Assembly: GCA_030141605.1 (NCBI GenBank)
Contig: JAQGDQ010000677.1
Span: forward strand, 50,470-114,469
Source of the DNA: Tubiluchus corallicola
Taxonomy: Eukaryota > Animalia > Priapulida
Length of the DNA: 64,000 nt
Direction of reading: 5' to 3'
This document shows positions 1 to 11,281 of this stretch, piece by piece; the stretch's first letter is position 1, and each line of letters opens with the position of its first letter. Both the position numbers and the translations under genes were made by a program. Under the pieces are notes generated by a model, which worked only from the letters and a program-made list of their open reading frames with translations, made no database searches and was not told the DNA's origin.

Positions 1-723
1 TTGAAACTATTGGTAACCTAATGTAGCAACTTGATTAACCAGCTAACTCCATACAATGGAAGCTGAACTGTACCTTTGAAGTTTCAACTCATATACAGTA
101 TTCAATAACTACTTGATTACAATTAATAGATCTCGTTTCTCGGAATTACAACACTGTCATGGTAAATATTGTTTCTTTTTAGGGATATTGGAACTTATGT
201 TGACTAACTAGCCTCGGTGGTAAGAATTCTAAATCATTTGGCGGGCACGAAGAGTTTGCGCAAATGTAATTTTCTGTGGTAACAAACCTTTTCACAGTTT
301 CAGTGACTGATGATGATCGTTAAAAGGTCAAAGGTTAAGTGTACCAGACAACACCGTGCAGTACAAGCTTTTGTAATAGTAACAGTTAGCTAGAACTTTA
401 CCTAGTTCATTTTTTCTTGTTCCAAAGCAAGACCCAGCTAGTAGATCACTGTGTATAGACTAATGCATAATTAAGTAAAGTCCACATAAAACAACTGAAG
501 TTGCTGAATTGATGTGGCAGATGGCTTTGCTTTACCCACATGTCACGTGACGGTTGTAGTTGCGTTGCTGGGGTACACTTAACCATTGACCTGCAGCAAC
601 CGCACGTACGCACAACGAAACTGTGAAAAGGCTTATTTTCAACAAGAGATTAATAGACTGCACATTAGGTGTACACACTACTCACACATAATGTTACATT
701 ACATATATGGTGTCAGTGTAGGT

Positions 724-1203
724 CAGGGGTGTGCAAATTGCGGCCCCCTGAGAAAATTTGTGCGGCCCGCGAAGAGATTGTCAACTTAATGAAAGTGCGG
801 CCCGGGCGATTAATTGAGTGTATCCAGCTGCCACGTCACGTGCCACGATTCCAAAGATAGTGCGGGTAGTTTTTTCTACTAGATCGGATGCCATTAACCC
901 TTACAAGACGGTTGTAGCTTAATGTCACTGTACTACGCAGACTGTGTGATACACATTACTAATATGCATTGTAATGAAATTACCACTATCTGTCCTGAAA
1001 GTAGAAATATATGGTTTGTAATATAAATTTTAGTAACTTCTAAAATAGTTTCTTGAGTGTAGTAGTAATGATGTACGCAGGTCGGATGCAAAAAAATTGT
1101 TATTAGGCCCTACTGTACTTGGCTCCTTGATCAAACTGCGGCCCGCAGGAATTGCGGGAAAGTTTTATGTTTCCCGGCTACTCAGATAATTTGCACACCC
1201 CTG
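724..1203. mobile_element. hAT-superfamily (Charlie-like) MITE
   Basis: 16-bp TIR CAGGGGTGTGCAAATT...AATTTGCACACCCCTG; perfect 8-bp TSD GTGTAGGT (716-723 and 1204-1211); subterminal GCGGCCC motifs. Confidence 0.92.
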
Positions 1204-1227
1204 GTGTAGGTAGTGCAAAATGGTTAT

Positions 1228-1512
1228 TTCAGCAACTCATAGACATAAGCGTTGTGCATTTCTTCCTATAAACGAAACTAGACTATGTATTTCCACTAAT
1301 TCACTTGCAATTTCAATTGACAATAACAAAATCTAGAAGCAGGCCCATATTTCCCCCCTAACTAATGAAAAGTTGAGCATTTTTCAACAACAGTGTTAGA
1401 CAGAGCTGTAGCTAAACGTCTCGAACGTACCTGCTGCAGGGGTGTGTGAAATAACTTGCACGCTGATTGGCCAGTCAACGACAATGATTGACATTACGTT
1501 AGACGTCAATTT
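1228..1512 (+). repeat. Unclassified interspersed repeat, copy 1
   Basis: About 285 bp (tcagcaactcatagac...gttagacgtcaattt) recurs in the same orientation at about 30106-30390. Confidence 0.8.
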
Positions 1513-2052
1513 TGCTCTAATAGTTGCTCTCAATAATTGCTCTAAAATAGCTAGAAAATACAGTATGTTTGATTTATATACAGTATTACATTTGTTATGC
1601 AATTTTTTATAGTTTATTTATGCTTAATTTCAATTTCCGTTACTTTTTTCAGGCTTTTGTCCATAGAATAATCCAATTCACGTTTACAAAGATTGAAATT
1701 GTCTAGAACTAGTCAAGTTGCCTGCTAACTATGCTTATTTATATTTATTGTAAGTAAATAAGTTTTTTTTAAACCAAAACATAAATAAATATTTATTAAA
1801 TTTTCTGTGATATTGACTGACGATTAGAAATGTAACTAATATAGTTAGAAAACATTTTAGACTATCATAAATTTTTTATATCTATTTTATATTTCCGTAT
1901 TTGTTATATTGCATGCCTTATTGTTGATACAATTTATACAAGAGAATGTATATTTATTTAAGTTTTTGAAGAATAATTTAAATAAACTTCTTGTGCATAT
2001 ATTTATCTTGTTCCGTTATTTCAATATTTGTGACACATTAACTAAGACATAT

Positions 2053-2358
2053 CGGATGGTATAGTCTAATGGTAGCGCGTCCGCTTTCCGCCTGGGAGGT
2101 CGTGAGTTCGATACAGTGGCTGGCCGCATGCAAAGACTTTAGGGGTGGTACCTGCTGTTGCCCTGCCTGACGCGTGGTATTTAGGGTAAAAGTGGGGTAA
2201 TAATGGCCTCTGTTATGTAGTTGTAGGTTGTTATTTACAAGCGGCCCAGAAGCTTTTCCAAAAAGCCCAATTTAAATAAACTACTGTTGTTGTTGTTGTT
2301 ATTATTGTTATTATTATTATTATTATTAATATTATTATTATTATTGTTATTATTATTA

Positions 2359-2410
<52 letters not shown>

Positions 2411-2413
2411 TAT
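2053..2413 (+). mobile_element. tRNA-derived SINE, probably MetaSINE-type, with (TTA)n tail
   Basis: Pol III A-box-like TAGTCTAATGGT and B-box GAGTTCGATAC, then a core aaagacttt...ggtacctgctgttgccctgcctgacgc...ttaggg that resembles the Meta domain as I recall it, then a TTA microsatellite. Confidence 0.6.
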
Positions 2414-2773
2414 ACAGAGAAGAAATTTTAATTTTTTTAGTGACTTAAATGCACCTTAGTCAAATGTATATAACATTAATAATATAATATAATTAATATA
2501 ATAATAATAATATATGTAATACTGAGTTCGATTGGTTTGGTTGAATTAGATTAGATTAGATTAGATTAGATTAGATTAGATTAGATTAGATTAGATTAGA
2601 TTAGATTAGATTGGATTGGACTGGTTTGGGTTGGGTTGGGTTAGATTCTATTAGAATACATTAGATTATATTGAATTGAAATAGATGAGATGGGATGAAA
2701 AGAGACAGATTTATTTGACTCTGCATTAAAAATTAAACAGTAGAAATTTTTATTGTTATAATACGTCCCATAA

Positions 2774-3052
2774 AGGCACGTTCAGACTGTTTTCTCTCTG
2801 ACTCGTAAGTGTGAACTGCTTTGTCAGTTACTGTCGGTAAGTTATTGCAAACTCTTCGACCGTTGCTGTGAGTTCATTTCCTGTCTAGTGTGAACGCCTC
2901 GCAGCGAGTTACTCTCGACACCTTCAGTGAATAGAGAAGTGAGTGTCATCTCCTGTTTACTGTCAGAGAGTAACTCGCAGTAAGTTTTGCTCTCTGGTCT
3001 AAACATGCTTGTGAGTTACTTGGATAGAAAATTCGCTAGTGTGAACATGCCG
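2774..3052. mobile_element. PIF/Harbinger-like MITE
   Basis: Imperfect TIR GGCACGTTCAGACT / AGTGTGAACATGCC flanked by TAA and TTA; internal repeated AGTGTGAAC motifs. Confidence 0.6.
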
Positions 3053-3353
3053 TTAGACCACACAAGTACAAATCCCATTCTAAAAGCAAACTTAAGACTA
3101 TTTGTTGACTAAAGAATATTGTTAAACCTTATTTTATTTTCGGCAAAACGAACTCACAAATATTTGTAGCAGTAACTTTCTTTGCAGTGACATGTTAAGC
3201 AGTAGGCTTTAGCAAACGATTCTTATAAGAATCATTAAACAAATTTTAATCTTCAGGTCAAAACAGTCACTATATAAGATCAGATATAAGAACAATTTAT
3301 TTCACACATGCAAACAAAAAATGTATACAACGGTGACAATAATAGTTGCTTAT

Positions 3354-4035
3354 AGCACAAGAAAACCCTTCATAAACATAAAGGTTAAAAATTCGTCTTG
3401 AAATTTTATATCACTTACATACTGCCTTTTTGCATACAGGAGTTCAATTGGCAGTCACGCTGTATAAAACATGTAAATTTAAACTGCCGCGATGACCGTT
3501 AGACGCAGCCATTTTCACGACAGGTCATTTAAAACAAGTTTAGATAACATTGCGTGAAGTTTGAAAAAATAATCAGAGCATTCGTAGCACACACGTCATG
3601 AAATAAATAAAAATTCAAATTACTGTATCTTGTCAATAAGTTTAAAAATGCGTTTTTGGTGAGTGAGTGGTGCACCCTGGAGGGTGAGCCAGTGACATTT
3701 TATCTATTGGTGAAAACATTTTAAATAATTAAAAAAATTCTTTTCTAGTTACAGAAGTCTTTCCAGCAGGTTAGCGAAAAACTAAGTAATAGATATTTGC
3801 AAGAAAAGTTTTTTAGGACATAATTTAACATTTCCTTTTCTTCCCTTGATTTACGTTTGGTACATGACGTCACGTAATGGCGACTTCGGAACAGTATTGC
3901 GGGAGATTTAAAATGAAAACAAACAAAAATTTCTTTTAATGCAAGTAAGTTAAACGCATAAAGTTGCTATAAAGTAATATAATTTTTCAAGGCGATTTTT
4001 CTGAAACCAACTTCAGGTACCTCTTTTGTTGTCCT
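3354..4035. mobile_element. Kolobok-type non-autonomous DNA transposon, family K1
   Basis: Ends AGCACAAGAAAA...TTTTGTTGTCCT followed by TTAA; full-length inverted homologue at 53172-53855. Confidence 0.75.
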
Positions 4036-5015
4036 TTAAGTGTGATGATAGTTTCGTGGCTATAAGCGTCACGTTTTAAGGAAGGTACCCAAATTGAATG
4101 TAGTGAAACTGAATAAACAGAATGAAGGAAAATTAAAATTAAATCATCTTCAATGTTGTAGTAATGAATGCATCGCCCATTCATAATCATAATCTTTTAA
4201 TTATCTTGCAATACACATGCAATTATAATACAAATAATAATTTGAAAATAATTGTGAAGAAAGGGCAGCGAAAGACCAATTGGTCATCTAGTCAGCTGCC
4301 CTTTGGTTAGTGATGAACATTTTTAAAAGCGCTGTGCTACAGTGTATTAGTGTTAGTACTGCTTGTAGTTAGGATGGCATTAAATTGATATGTTTATAAC
4401 GTGTTATATATAACATATTAATACAATTTCTACGCAATAACTATAAGTGTATAATAAAGAATCAAACAAGAATTCAAAATAAAAATCTGACAACGGAAAC
4501 ATATGAATAGTGACAACTGTTTTGAAGTAAATCCCAAAAACTTTTATTTTAAATACAATATTACAGAAAAAATCAAATACGTGGCGATTTCTTCGCTTCC
4601 AATGAGTAGACTAAAAAACGTGCTGAATTCTGATTGGCTGACCTACTAAATGCATATAACGAAGCCAAGTTTTACAGGCAATTCTAAATAAGTACAACTT
4701 TAGATTAAAGGGCAAGCAGAGAAAAATCTTCCGAACAACAACTGAAATATACTTCATGACACTAGCATAATTTTTGACAGTCGTCAAAATAAATTATCAT
4801 GCAAATAATGGAATTGAAAATCAGGTGTATCTATATACTGGTGTATTGAAGTATATTAAATTGGGCGTTAGTTTTCATGCACAGGCATACAGGAACTTAA
4901 TTTGTATAAAAAAAACGGATCATGTGGGGGAAAAACAGCCGGAACCCAAAAATTACATTGTAAACAATATTGTAAGTTGTTTGTTATAGTCGTGCGTAAG
5001 CAAGCGAATGAATAA

Positions 5016-5983
5016 TGTGACGATGTAGTCCAAGTTCCGTTATTGTAAATATGTGGTTCGTGACTTAAGTGTAACCCTTAGGTAAAGAATAAAACACTTA
5101 GTCGAAAACACTGTGAAGAAACCACTGAATTAATAAAATAATATAACAATTTAATGAATGTTTCAAAACACATTACGAGACAACTGTTAATAATAAAGAC
5201 TAAGCCGGCTAAGAAGAGAAAGAACAACGTAATGTTTTTCACCAGTGCAGTCTTGGCATCATCAAGCGACTATTCTCCTGCTCCTATTCCGCGTCATCTC
5301 CTCACCAGGGGCTTGATCGAGGAATGGTGCACCATAGAACGATTGACTACACTACGTGAACGACGTCTCCAAACTTTGACGACTCCTGATGTACACGCCT
5401 CCACTAATACGACGCCAAAATGGGGTAGCATCCAAGCTCCTGCACTCGTCGCAAGGTAAGGATTTCCAATTTTGTAATCACAGCATCCCGCACCAACGAC
5501 AGTATCATCAACGTCAGGTAAATACGAGTAAGTATCATCAGCAGCAGATATCATGGACAACTGGTAAGTGATGTATCATCAGCATCAGGAAAATATAATC
5601 AGCAACAGGTAAGTATCATCGCTAGAATGCAACTATCGTCTCTGTCGTAACCAGGTAGACAGATCGCTTTTCTACAAGCAAGCACTATTACTACTAAACC
5701 ATCATTTTATGACATGAGAACGTCCGCTTAACTCGCCAACTTAAAGCGGAATACCAGGGCCAACTGAACAGCCAAAATTTCGTCTACGTGGCTTCAGTCA
5801 CATGATATAGTAGTAATGCATAAACAGTATCATTGAATGTACAGGTGAAATCTGATTTCAGAACAGGTTGGCTTCTGTCATTATACCGTTAAACATCTTA
5901 ACTAAAGTTCTTTTATAAATGGTGGAATTATAACAGTAGGAACTAGTTACATAACCTGGCCTAAAATAAGCCTGAGCGTCACA
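5016..5983 (-). repeat. 3' LTR (968 bp)
   Basis: Direct repeat of 11282-12274; 7-bp terminal inverted repeat; short purine-rich GGAGGATGCTA (candidate PPT) abuts it on the minus strand. Confidence 0.96.
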
Positions 5984-6577
5984 TAGCATCCTCCGTTACA
6001 AAAGCTTGATCCATCAAATTTTTACTACTAAAATGTGATATCAAGACTTTTAACACAATAGGTCAGGGCAATAAACTAGTTACACAAGAAATCATGATAC
6101 ATATTCATCACAATAATAGACCAAAATAACTAATGTCAATGACAAAAAATGCAATACTCAATCATTGTCTTCCTCAACAAATCTTTGTGAATTTCTTCAC
6201 TCATGAAATAATTACATATCAGGTAATACAGTATTTGTTTACTCTTAAGCTTACAACGCAAGGTTCAAATCTTGGTTTCAACATAAATGAATAAACTAAA
6301 AATAAAACACTGTTTTGTTTTGAACAAAGGAGAAATACTTTTACTATTAATCAGCCTAACAAGATTAAAATAATACAATACAACAACACATCATGTTTTC
6401 TATTACCACTCCTAGATGGCATTGCGAATACATTAAACTAATTTCGCAACAAAATTTTATTATTTGTAATTCATTTCTAATGAATTAGCTTCATATAATG
6501 TAAAAGAAAATGTTTCAAACTGGTCAGAGGTGATCTTTAATCACCTAACTTGGGCTTTAGTGGTTGGAATTACCCAT

Positions 6578-6965
6578 TCATAGACGTGAAAGAGAATCTG
6601 CTACAATATTATCTTTTCCAGCAATATTCTCTACAGTAAAGTGGAATTCTTGCAAAATAAGCGCCCATGTACAAAGGCGGCGATTATTTCTCTTCATGCG
6701 TGGGAGTGCTAGCAAACTACGTTGGTCAGTTCGTACTATGAACTCATGACCTTCTAAGTAGTAACGTAACTTAGATACAGAATACACTACTGCTAACAAC
6801 TCAATTTCCACAACGCTATAATTTCGTTCACACGTAGTCAACTTTCTGCTCACATGTGTAATTGGCACCTCACCTAACTCACTGTGTACTTGTGTCAGCA
6901 CTCCACCAATACCACTAAATGAAGCATCAGTTGTTAGAACGAATTTCTGCGAAAAATCAGGTGAG
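6578..6965 (-). pseudogene. Gypsy RNase H domain, out of frame with the upstream polyprotein
   Basis: Reads SPDFSQKFVLTTDASFSGIGGVLTQ...YSVVEIELLAVV...VRTDQRSL...KDNIVADSLSR, with the TDAS, E, TD and AD catalytic motifs; frameshift at about 6962-6982. Confidence 0.92.
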
Positions 6966-9900
6966 TGAGTGAAGCACCTTTGTCTGAGTTCAGTGCAGTG
7001 CGCAGTTCTATAAAGCTGCGTTCACACTCTTCATTCCAGTCAACGTGTACAGGTGCATTTTTCTCAAGCAGTGCATACAAGGGTACCGCAATAGGACTAA
7101 ACATCGTTTCGACATGTCCTACAACTGGCGTAGGATTTGTTAGAGTAATACGATGTTGAACTAATTCAGTGCGACCGGGAAGATCGGTGAACATCTCTGA
7201 AAATTCTGCAAGTACTGCTGCCAACTGACTGATCTGTTCATCATTGAGATGAGAATCATATGCTACATCATTGAGAGACTGGGCGGGTGAGGCAGAAGGC
7301 GGGAATGCATATTCAGGAAGTTTCAATGAAAACTCATTTTCCTCCTGCTCATCCACCTTCACATCACCACTACCAACTTCAGACAAAACACTGTCTAGTG
7401 ACGTTGTACTAAATTCCTCACACTTTGCAAACAAAACCATGTGCTCGTCGCGTTCAACAAATGGTTTCAACATGTCGATATGATATGTTCTTGTATGGCG
7501 TTTGCGTGCACTTTTGCCTCCTAAATGTATTTTATATGTCCAATCAGACAATTTATCAACAACTGTAAAGGGGCCACGATAGCGCTTTTGCATTTTGCTT
7601 TTACCTTCAGGCATTAAAACAAGAACTTTTTGCCCTGCTTCAAGCGAGCGTTCTGAAGTGGTTTTATCATACCACTTTTTCTGTGATATTTTAGCTTTTT
7701 GCAAAGCTTCATGGGCATCAGCAGTTGACTCTTCTACAGTGTTAATTATGCGAGTCACGTAATCATCAATTTCCTCCCACTTAGGAGCTTCTACAGAGCC
7801 CCAACGTTCCTTTAGGGCAGCCAAAGGCCCACGCACGGGAAAACCATAAATTAACTGAAATGGAGCATACCCAGTGGATTCTTGGGGTACTTCCCGGAAA
7901 GCAAATAAAATAAACGGAATAGTTTCATCCCAGGGTAAATGTTTCTCATTTTGCATGACTTTTAAAATGCAGGATTTTAATGAGCCATTAAATCTCTCAG
8001 TTAACCCATTCCCCTGTGGGCTATATGGGGAAGTGAAAATTCCCTTTACACCCAAGGCCTGTTCTAAATCATGGATTAACTGTGATGTGAATTGAGTACC
8101 TCTGTCGGTTAAAATCTCACGCGGGATGCCATGTCGACATATGTATTGCAATAAAGCTTTAACAACAGTAGTGGTTTCAATATTTGGCAGCGGGTAGCAA
8201 TCGGGGTACCTCGTAGCATGATCTATTATTACTAACGCGTACTTATTCCCCGAGGGTGTTCTCTTCATAGGCCCAATAATATCCACGGCTATAGTTCGAA
8301 ATGCAATCGAAGGTATGGACAATGGTTTTAATTTTGCTTTATCAGAACGTTTAATTCTCGCCGTTTTCTGACATGGGACACACGAGCGGCAATATTGTAT
8401 CACTGAACGTTTAGCTCTAGGCCAAATACATTCTTGTAAAACACGTTGGGTAGTTTTACGTATGCCCAGGTGACCAGCCATGTGCGCATCATGTGCCAAA
8501 GATAAGACTGCCAAACGTCTAGACTTGGGTACAACCAAAAGTTCGCGGGGTTCAGCATCGCGCTTTTCACGTGTCAGGTAATATAAAACCCCATCTTTAA
8601 TGAAGTAACCCTTTCTTTGGGCTCGAGCTGCTGTTTCTGTGACTGCGTGATCACGTAAATTGCGCAAACTAACATCATCGCGCTGTTCTTGCTGCAATTG
8701 TTCTTTACTAAGCTGTGACAGCTGCTGTTGCTGTGCTTTAGTATCTACGCCAGATGCAACATTTTTTTCCGCTTTTTGATCAGCGTTTAAACTACTTAGT
8801 AATTTTTTCTCACTGTTAGCTTCTGCTTGTAGCTGCTTTGCTTTTGATCGAGTTGCTGCAAAAGCTTTTTTCGAATTACCAGCTTGTTTCGCAACATTTG
8901 TATTTCCACTCACAAATTCATCAGAATAATGTGACGTATCTGAATTTTCAGGTGTGATACATTCTAAATCAACTGACTTAGGTGGTGTACTAAAACTCTG
9001 TTTAATGTTAAATGGTGTCACAGCAGTTCGGTAATCATTACCTAGCAAAAAGGGCACAGGAAGACTATCAGACACTGCCACTCTCAATCTACCATTAACT
9101 AGCGTACATTCCACCTCAACAACAGCTATACGTGTATTTTTAACATCGCCATGCACACACCAAATTTTGGTATAATTTTCACTTTGTAGAAACTGTTCTG
9201 GACGGACATAACGTGGTTGGATCAAACTCACGCTAGCACCAGAATCTCTTATACCATCGATCCAGATACCATTAATTTTAGCTTTAAAGCTAAACTCATC
9301 AGACTCAGGCACACACTCAGGCTTAGCCGCAGGTGAACTGGAAGAGTGACTGGATTGGTGACCAGTATTTCCTGTCTTGGCCAAGAATTGACGACTAGGA
9401 TTTCTACTCTTGCCACTAGTTTCACCATAATTAGGGCGTTTCGGGCACTGGGTCCTTTTGTGTCCAAGTTCTCCGCAAGTATAACAGCGTATCCTCTTCA
9501 TGACGTCATTGTTCATCTTTTTTCCAGAACCATTTGAAAAAACTGCCGGCCTAGAATTTCCACGCTGTTGTTGCATTTGTTTAAGTTTTGAAGCTGTACC
9601 TAATGCATTAGAAGCAATGTACAAATCAGCTTTCTCTGCCACCTTTTCCATTGTCTTCTGCCCTTGCTGCCTGACCCAAATGCTCATTTCACGGGGCATC
9701 AACGTAAGGGCCTGCTCAATACATAGCAGTTCACAAACGTTCTCAAAGGTGGACGCTTCTTCGGCTTTCAGCCATTCTTGCAGGGCACGATCAAGCCGTA
9801 CAAAAAGCTGACGGAATGTTTCATCCGGTCTCCGAGTAATCTTGCGGAAACGCTCAAGATACATGTCATTGGAGAGGACATAGGCAGCTAACAAAGTCTT

Positions 9901-10731
9901 CTTTACAACATTGTAATCTTGCATGCTGTCAAGTGGTACTTGTTGAAAAGCCTGGGCTGCTTTTCCGGATAAAGCTGGGCCCAGCGATGCAGCAAAGTGT
10001 TTCTCTTCAAGGCCATTAGCTTTGGCTACTGCTTCAAACCACTGTAAGAAAGTATGCAGATCATCGGTTCCCTCTGTAAAAACACGTGATAACTTTACAC
10101 GGGGTATTCGAGATGCGGTTGTAGTAAGTATGCCATCAGGTGATTGAGGAGGAACCTGTGTCACGTGACTTGGAGATGAGGCATCCAGCTCACGAAGCTT
10201 CAACTCAAACTGATACTGCTCTTTCTGCATTCGTTCTCTGCGTTCCTCACGCTCACGTTCCCATTCTCTCTCTTCACGTTGCATACGTTCACGCCTTTCT
10301 TCACGTTTCTGTTCCCGTTCCCATTCACGCTCTTTCTCGCGCTCTACCAACTTTAACTTTTCAATGTTGTAAAGGGGTACTGAACGTTCTGTCATCTCAT
10401 CATTCGCAGGTTTACTATTAATAGCAGAATGCAAGGTAAGGTCGGCAGGAGGGGGAGTTGCTAACAGTTGATCAGACACACGTCTGCGCCCACTCATCTG
10501 CGCAACAGACACACTCGGTGTGCTTGACACACCTCCAACTTCTTTCGGTCTAACACTAGGTTCACCTGTCGTCACAGGGTTACCCTGTGCATTCATGACT
10601 ATATCAATTATTCCGGCCTTATTTGCACCCTGTGGTAAAGTTAGCCCACGTTCAACAGTTATCTGCTTTAAGACAGGTACAGTAAGTTGCTGCAATTCAC
10701 TCTCCACGTAAACGCGTGACATTCTAATCAC
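6934..10731 (-). CDS. Gag-protease-integrase polyprotein (1265 aa) ending in RT remnants
   Basis: SAP/HeH-like N-terminus, coiled coil, SCAN-like capsid segment (EQALTLMPREMSIWVRQQ), CCHC knuckle (CYTCGELGHKRTQC), protease IRDSGAS, integrase HHCC plus D,D,E (VDIIGP, TDRGTQF, ERFN) and GPF motif; no YxDD. Confidence 0.93.
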   Translation of the reverse strand: MIRMSRVYVESELQQLTVPVLKQITVERGLTLPQGANKAGIIDIVMNAQGNPVTTGEPSVRPKEVGGVSSTPSVSVAQMSGRRRVSDQLLATPPPADLTLHSAINSKPANDEMTERSVPLYNIEKLKLVEREKEREWEREQKREERRERMQREEREWEREREERRERMQKEQYQFELKLRELDASSPSHVTQVPPQSPDGILTTTASRIPRVKLSRVFTEGTDDLHTFLQWFEAVAKANGLEEKHFAASLGPALSGKAAQAFQQVPLDSMQDYNVVKKTLLAAYVLSNDMYLERFRKITRRPDETFRQLFVRLDRALQEWLKAEEASTFENVCELLCIEQALTLMPREMSIWVRQQGQKTMEKVAEKADLYIASNALGTASKLKQMQQQRGNSRPAVFSNGSGKKMNNDVMKRIRCYTCGELGHKRTQCPKRPNYGETSGKSRNPSRQFLAKTGNTGHQSSHSSSSPAAKPECVPESDEFSFKAKINGIWIDGIRDSGASVSLIQPRYVRPEQFLQSENYTKIWCVHGDVKNTRIAVVEVECTLVNGRLRVAVSDSLPVPFLLGNDYRTAVTPFNIKQSFSTPPKSVDLECITPENSDTSHYSDEFVSGNTNVAKQAGNSKKAFAATRSKAKQLQAEANSEKKLLSSLNADQKAEKNVASGVDTKAQQQQLSQLSKEQLQQEQRDDVSLRNLRDHAVTETAARAQRKGYFIKDGVLYYLTREKRDAEPRELLVVPKSRRLAVLSLAHDAHMAGHLGIRKTTQRVLQECIWPRAKRSVIQYCRSCVPCQKTARIKRSDKAKLKPLSIPSIAFRTIAVDIIGPMKRTPSGNKYALVIIDHATRYPDCYPLPNIETTTVVKALLQYICRHGIPREILTDRGTQFTSQLIHDLEQALGVKGIFTSPYSPQGNGLTERFNGSLKSCILKVMQNEKHLPWDETIPFILFAFREVPQESTGYAPFQLIYGFPVRGPLAALKERWGSVEAPKWEEIDDYVTRIINTVEESTADAHEALQKAKISQKKWYDKTTSERSLEAGQKVLVLMPEGKSKMQKRYRGPFTVVDKLSDWTYKIHLGGKSARKRHTRTYHIDMLKPFVERDEHMVLFAKCEEFSTTSLDSVLSEVGSGDVKVDEQEENEFSLKLPEYAFPPSASPAQSLNDVAYDSHLNDEQISQLAAVLAEFSEMFTDLPGRTELVQHRITLTNPTPVVGHVETMFSPIAVPLYALLEKNAPVHVDWNEECERSFIELRTALNSDKGASLTHLIFRRNSF

Positions 10732-11260
10732 AGGATAATATAGGACAAATAGTAGTTACAGTGAAAAAACTTTATGCTTGCAGAATATTTATAGATCTAT
10801 CATTCAACTGACACACACTGGCTCAACGCATACAAACATACAAAAATACTGTATAGTAGGGTAATGTACGTGCAAATCAAACAAAGTAGCAAACTAGGAA
10901 TATACAAAATCTAGGCCAAGACTTTTGACTAGCCTGCAACGAAATAACGGTTTCACTAACATTTGAAACGTTTACAGTGCAATCAAGGTCAAATCGGCAT
11001 TCAAGTCGGCATACACCTGGAATTATAGCGTTTACTAAATCTGCAGGAAACCTATTTAAATCATGGACAAAACACATTCAACTGAGTAATCAATAAATTC
11101 ACTCAACGGAAGATGCTATGTTCTTTCGAAATGCTTTTGCCCAAAGATTCCCCCAGAAAATTAGCTATGTAACTAATTACCTGAAAGTAAATATCATTAA
11201 ATTCTCAAAATGCTGACAAAGAATTTTATTCATACCGAGTTACACCAAATAAAGTCAAAA

Positions 11261-11278
11261 ATCCCACTTCTGACACCA
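11261..11278 (-). promoter_or_regulatory. Primer binding site complementary to the tRNA-Leu 3' end
   Basis: Minus strand TGGTGTCAGAAGTGGGAT, 3 nt inside the 5' LTR, matches tRNA-Leu ...AUCCCACUUCUGACACCA. Confidence 0.92.
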
Positions 11279-11281
11279 TAA

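Noticed and set aside
2053-2125. Functional tRNA gene
   Set aside because: A and B boxes are present but there is no proper acceptor stem, and it continues into a SINE-like core and tail.
5154-5571. ORFs of 60-101 aa inside the LTRs (also 11420-11665)
   Set aside because: The 20-bp indel between the LTRs changes their frame; no recognisable domain.
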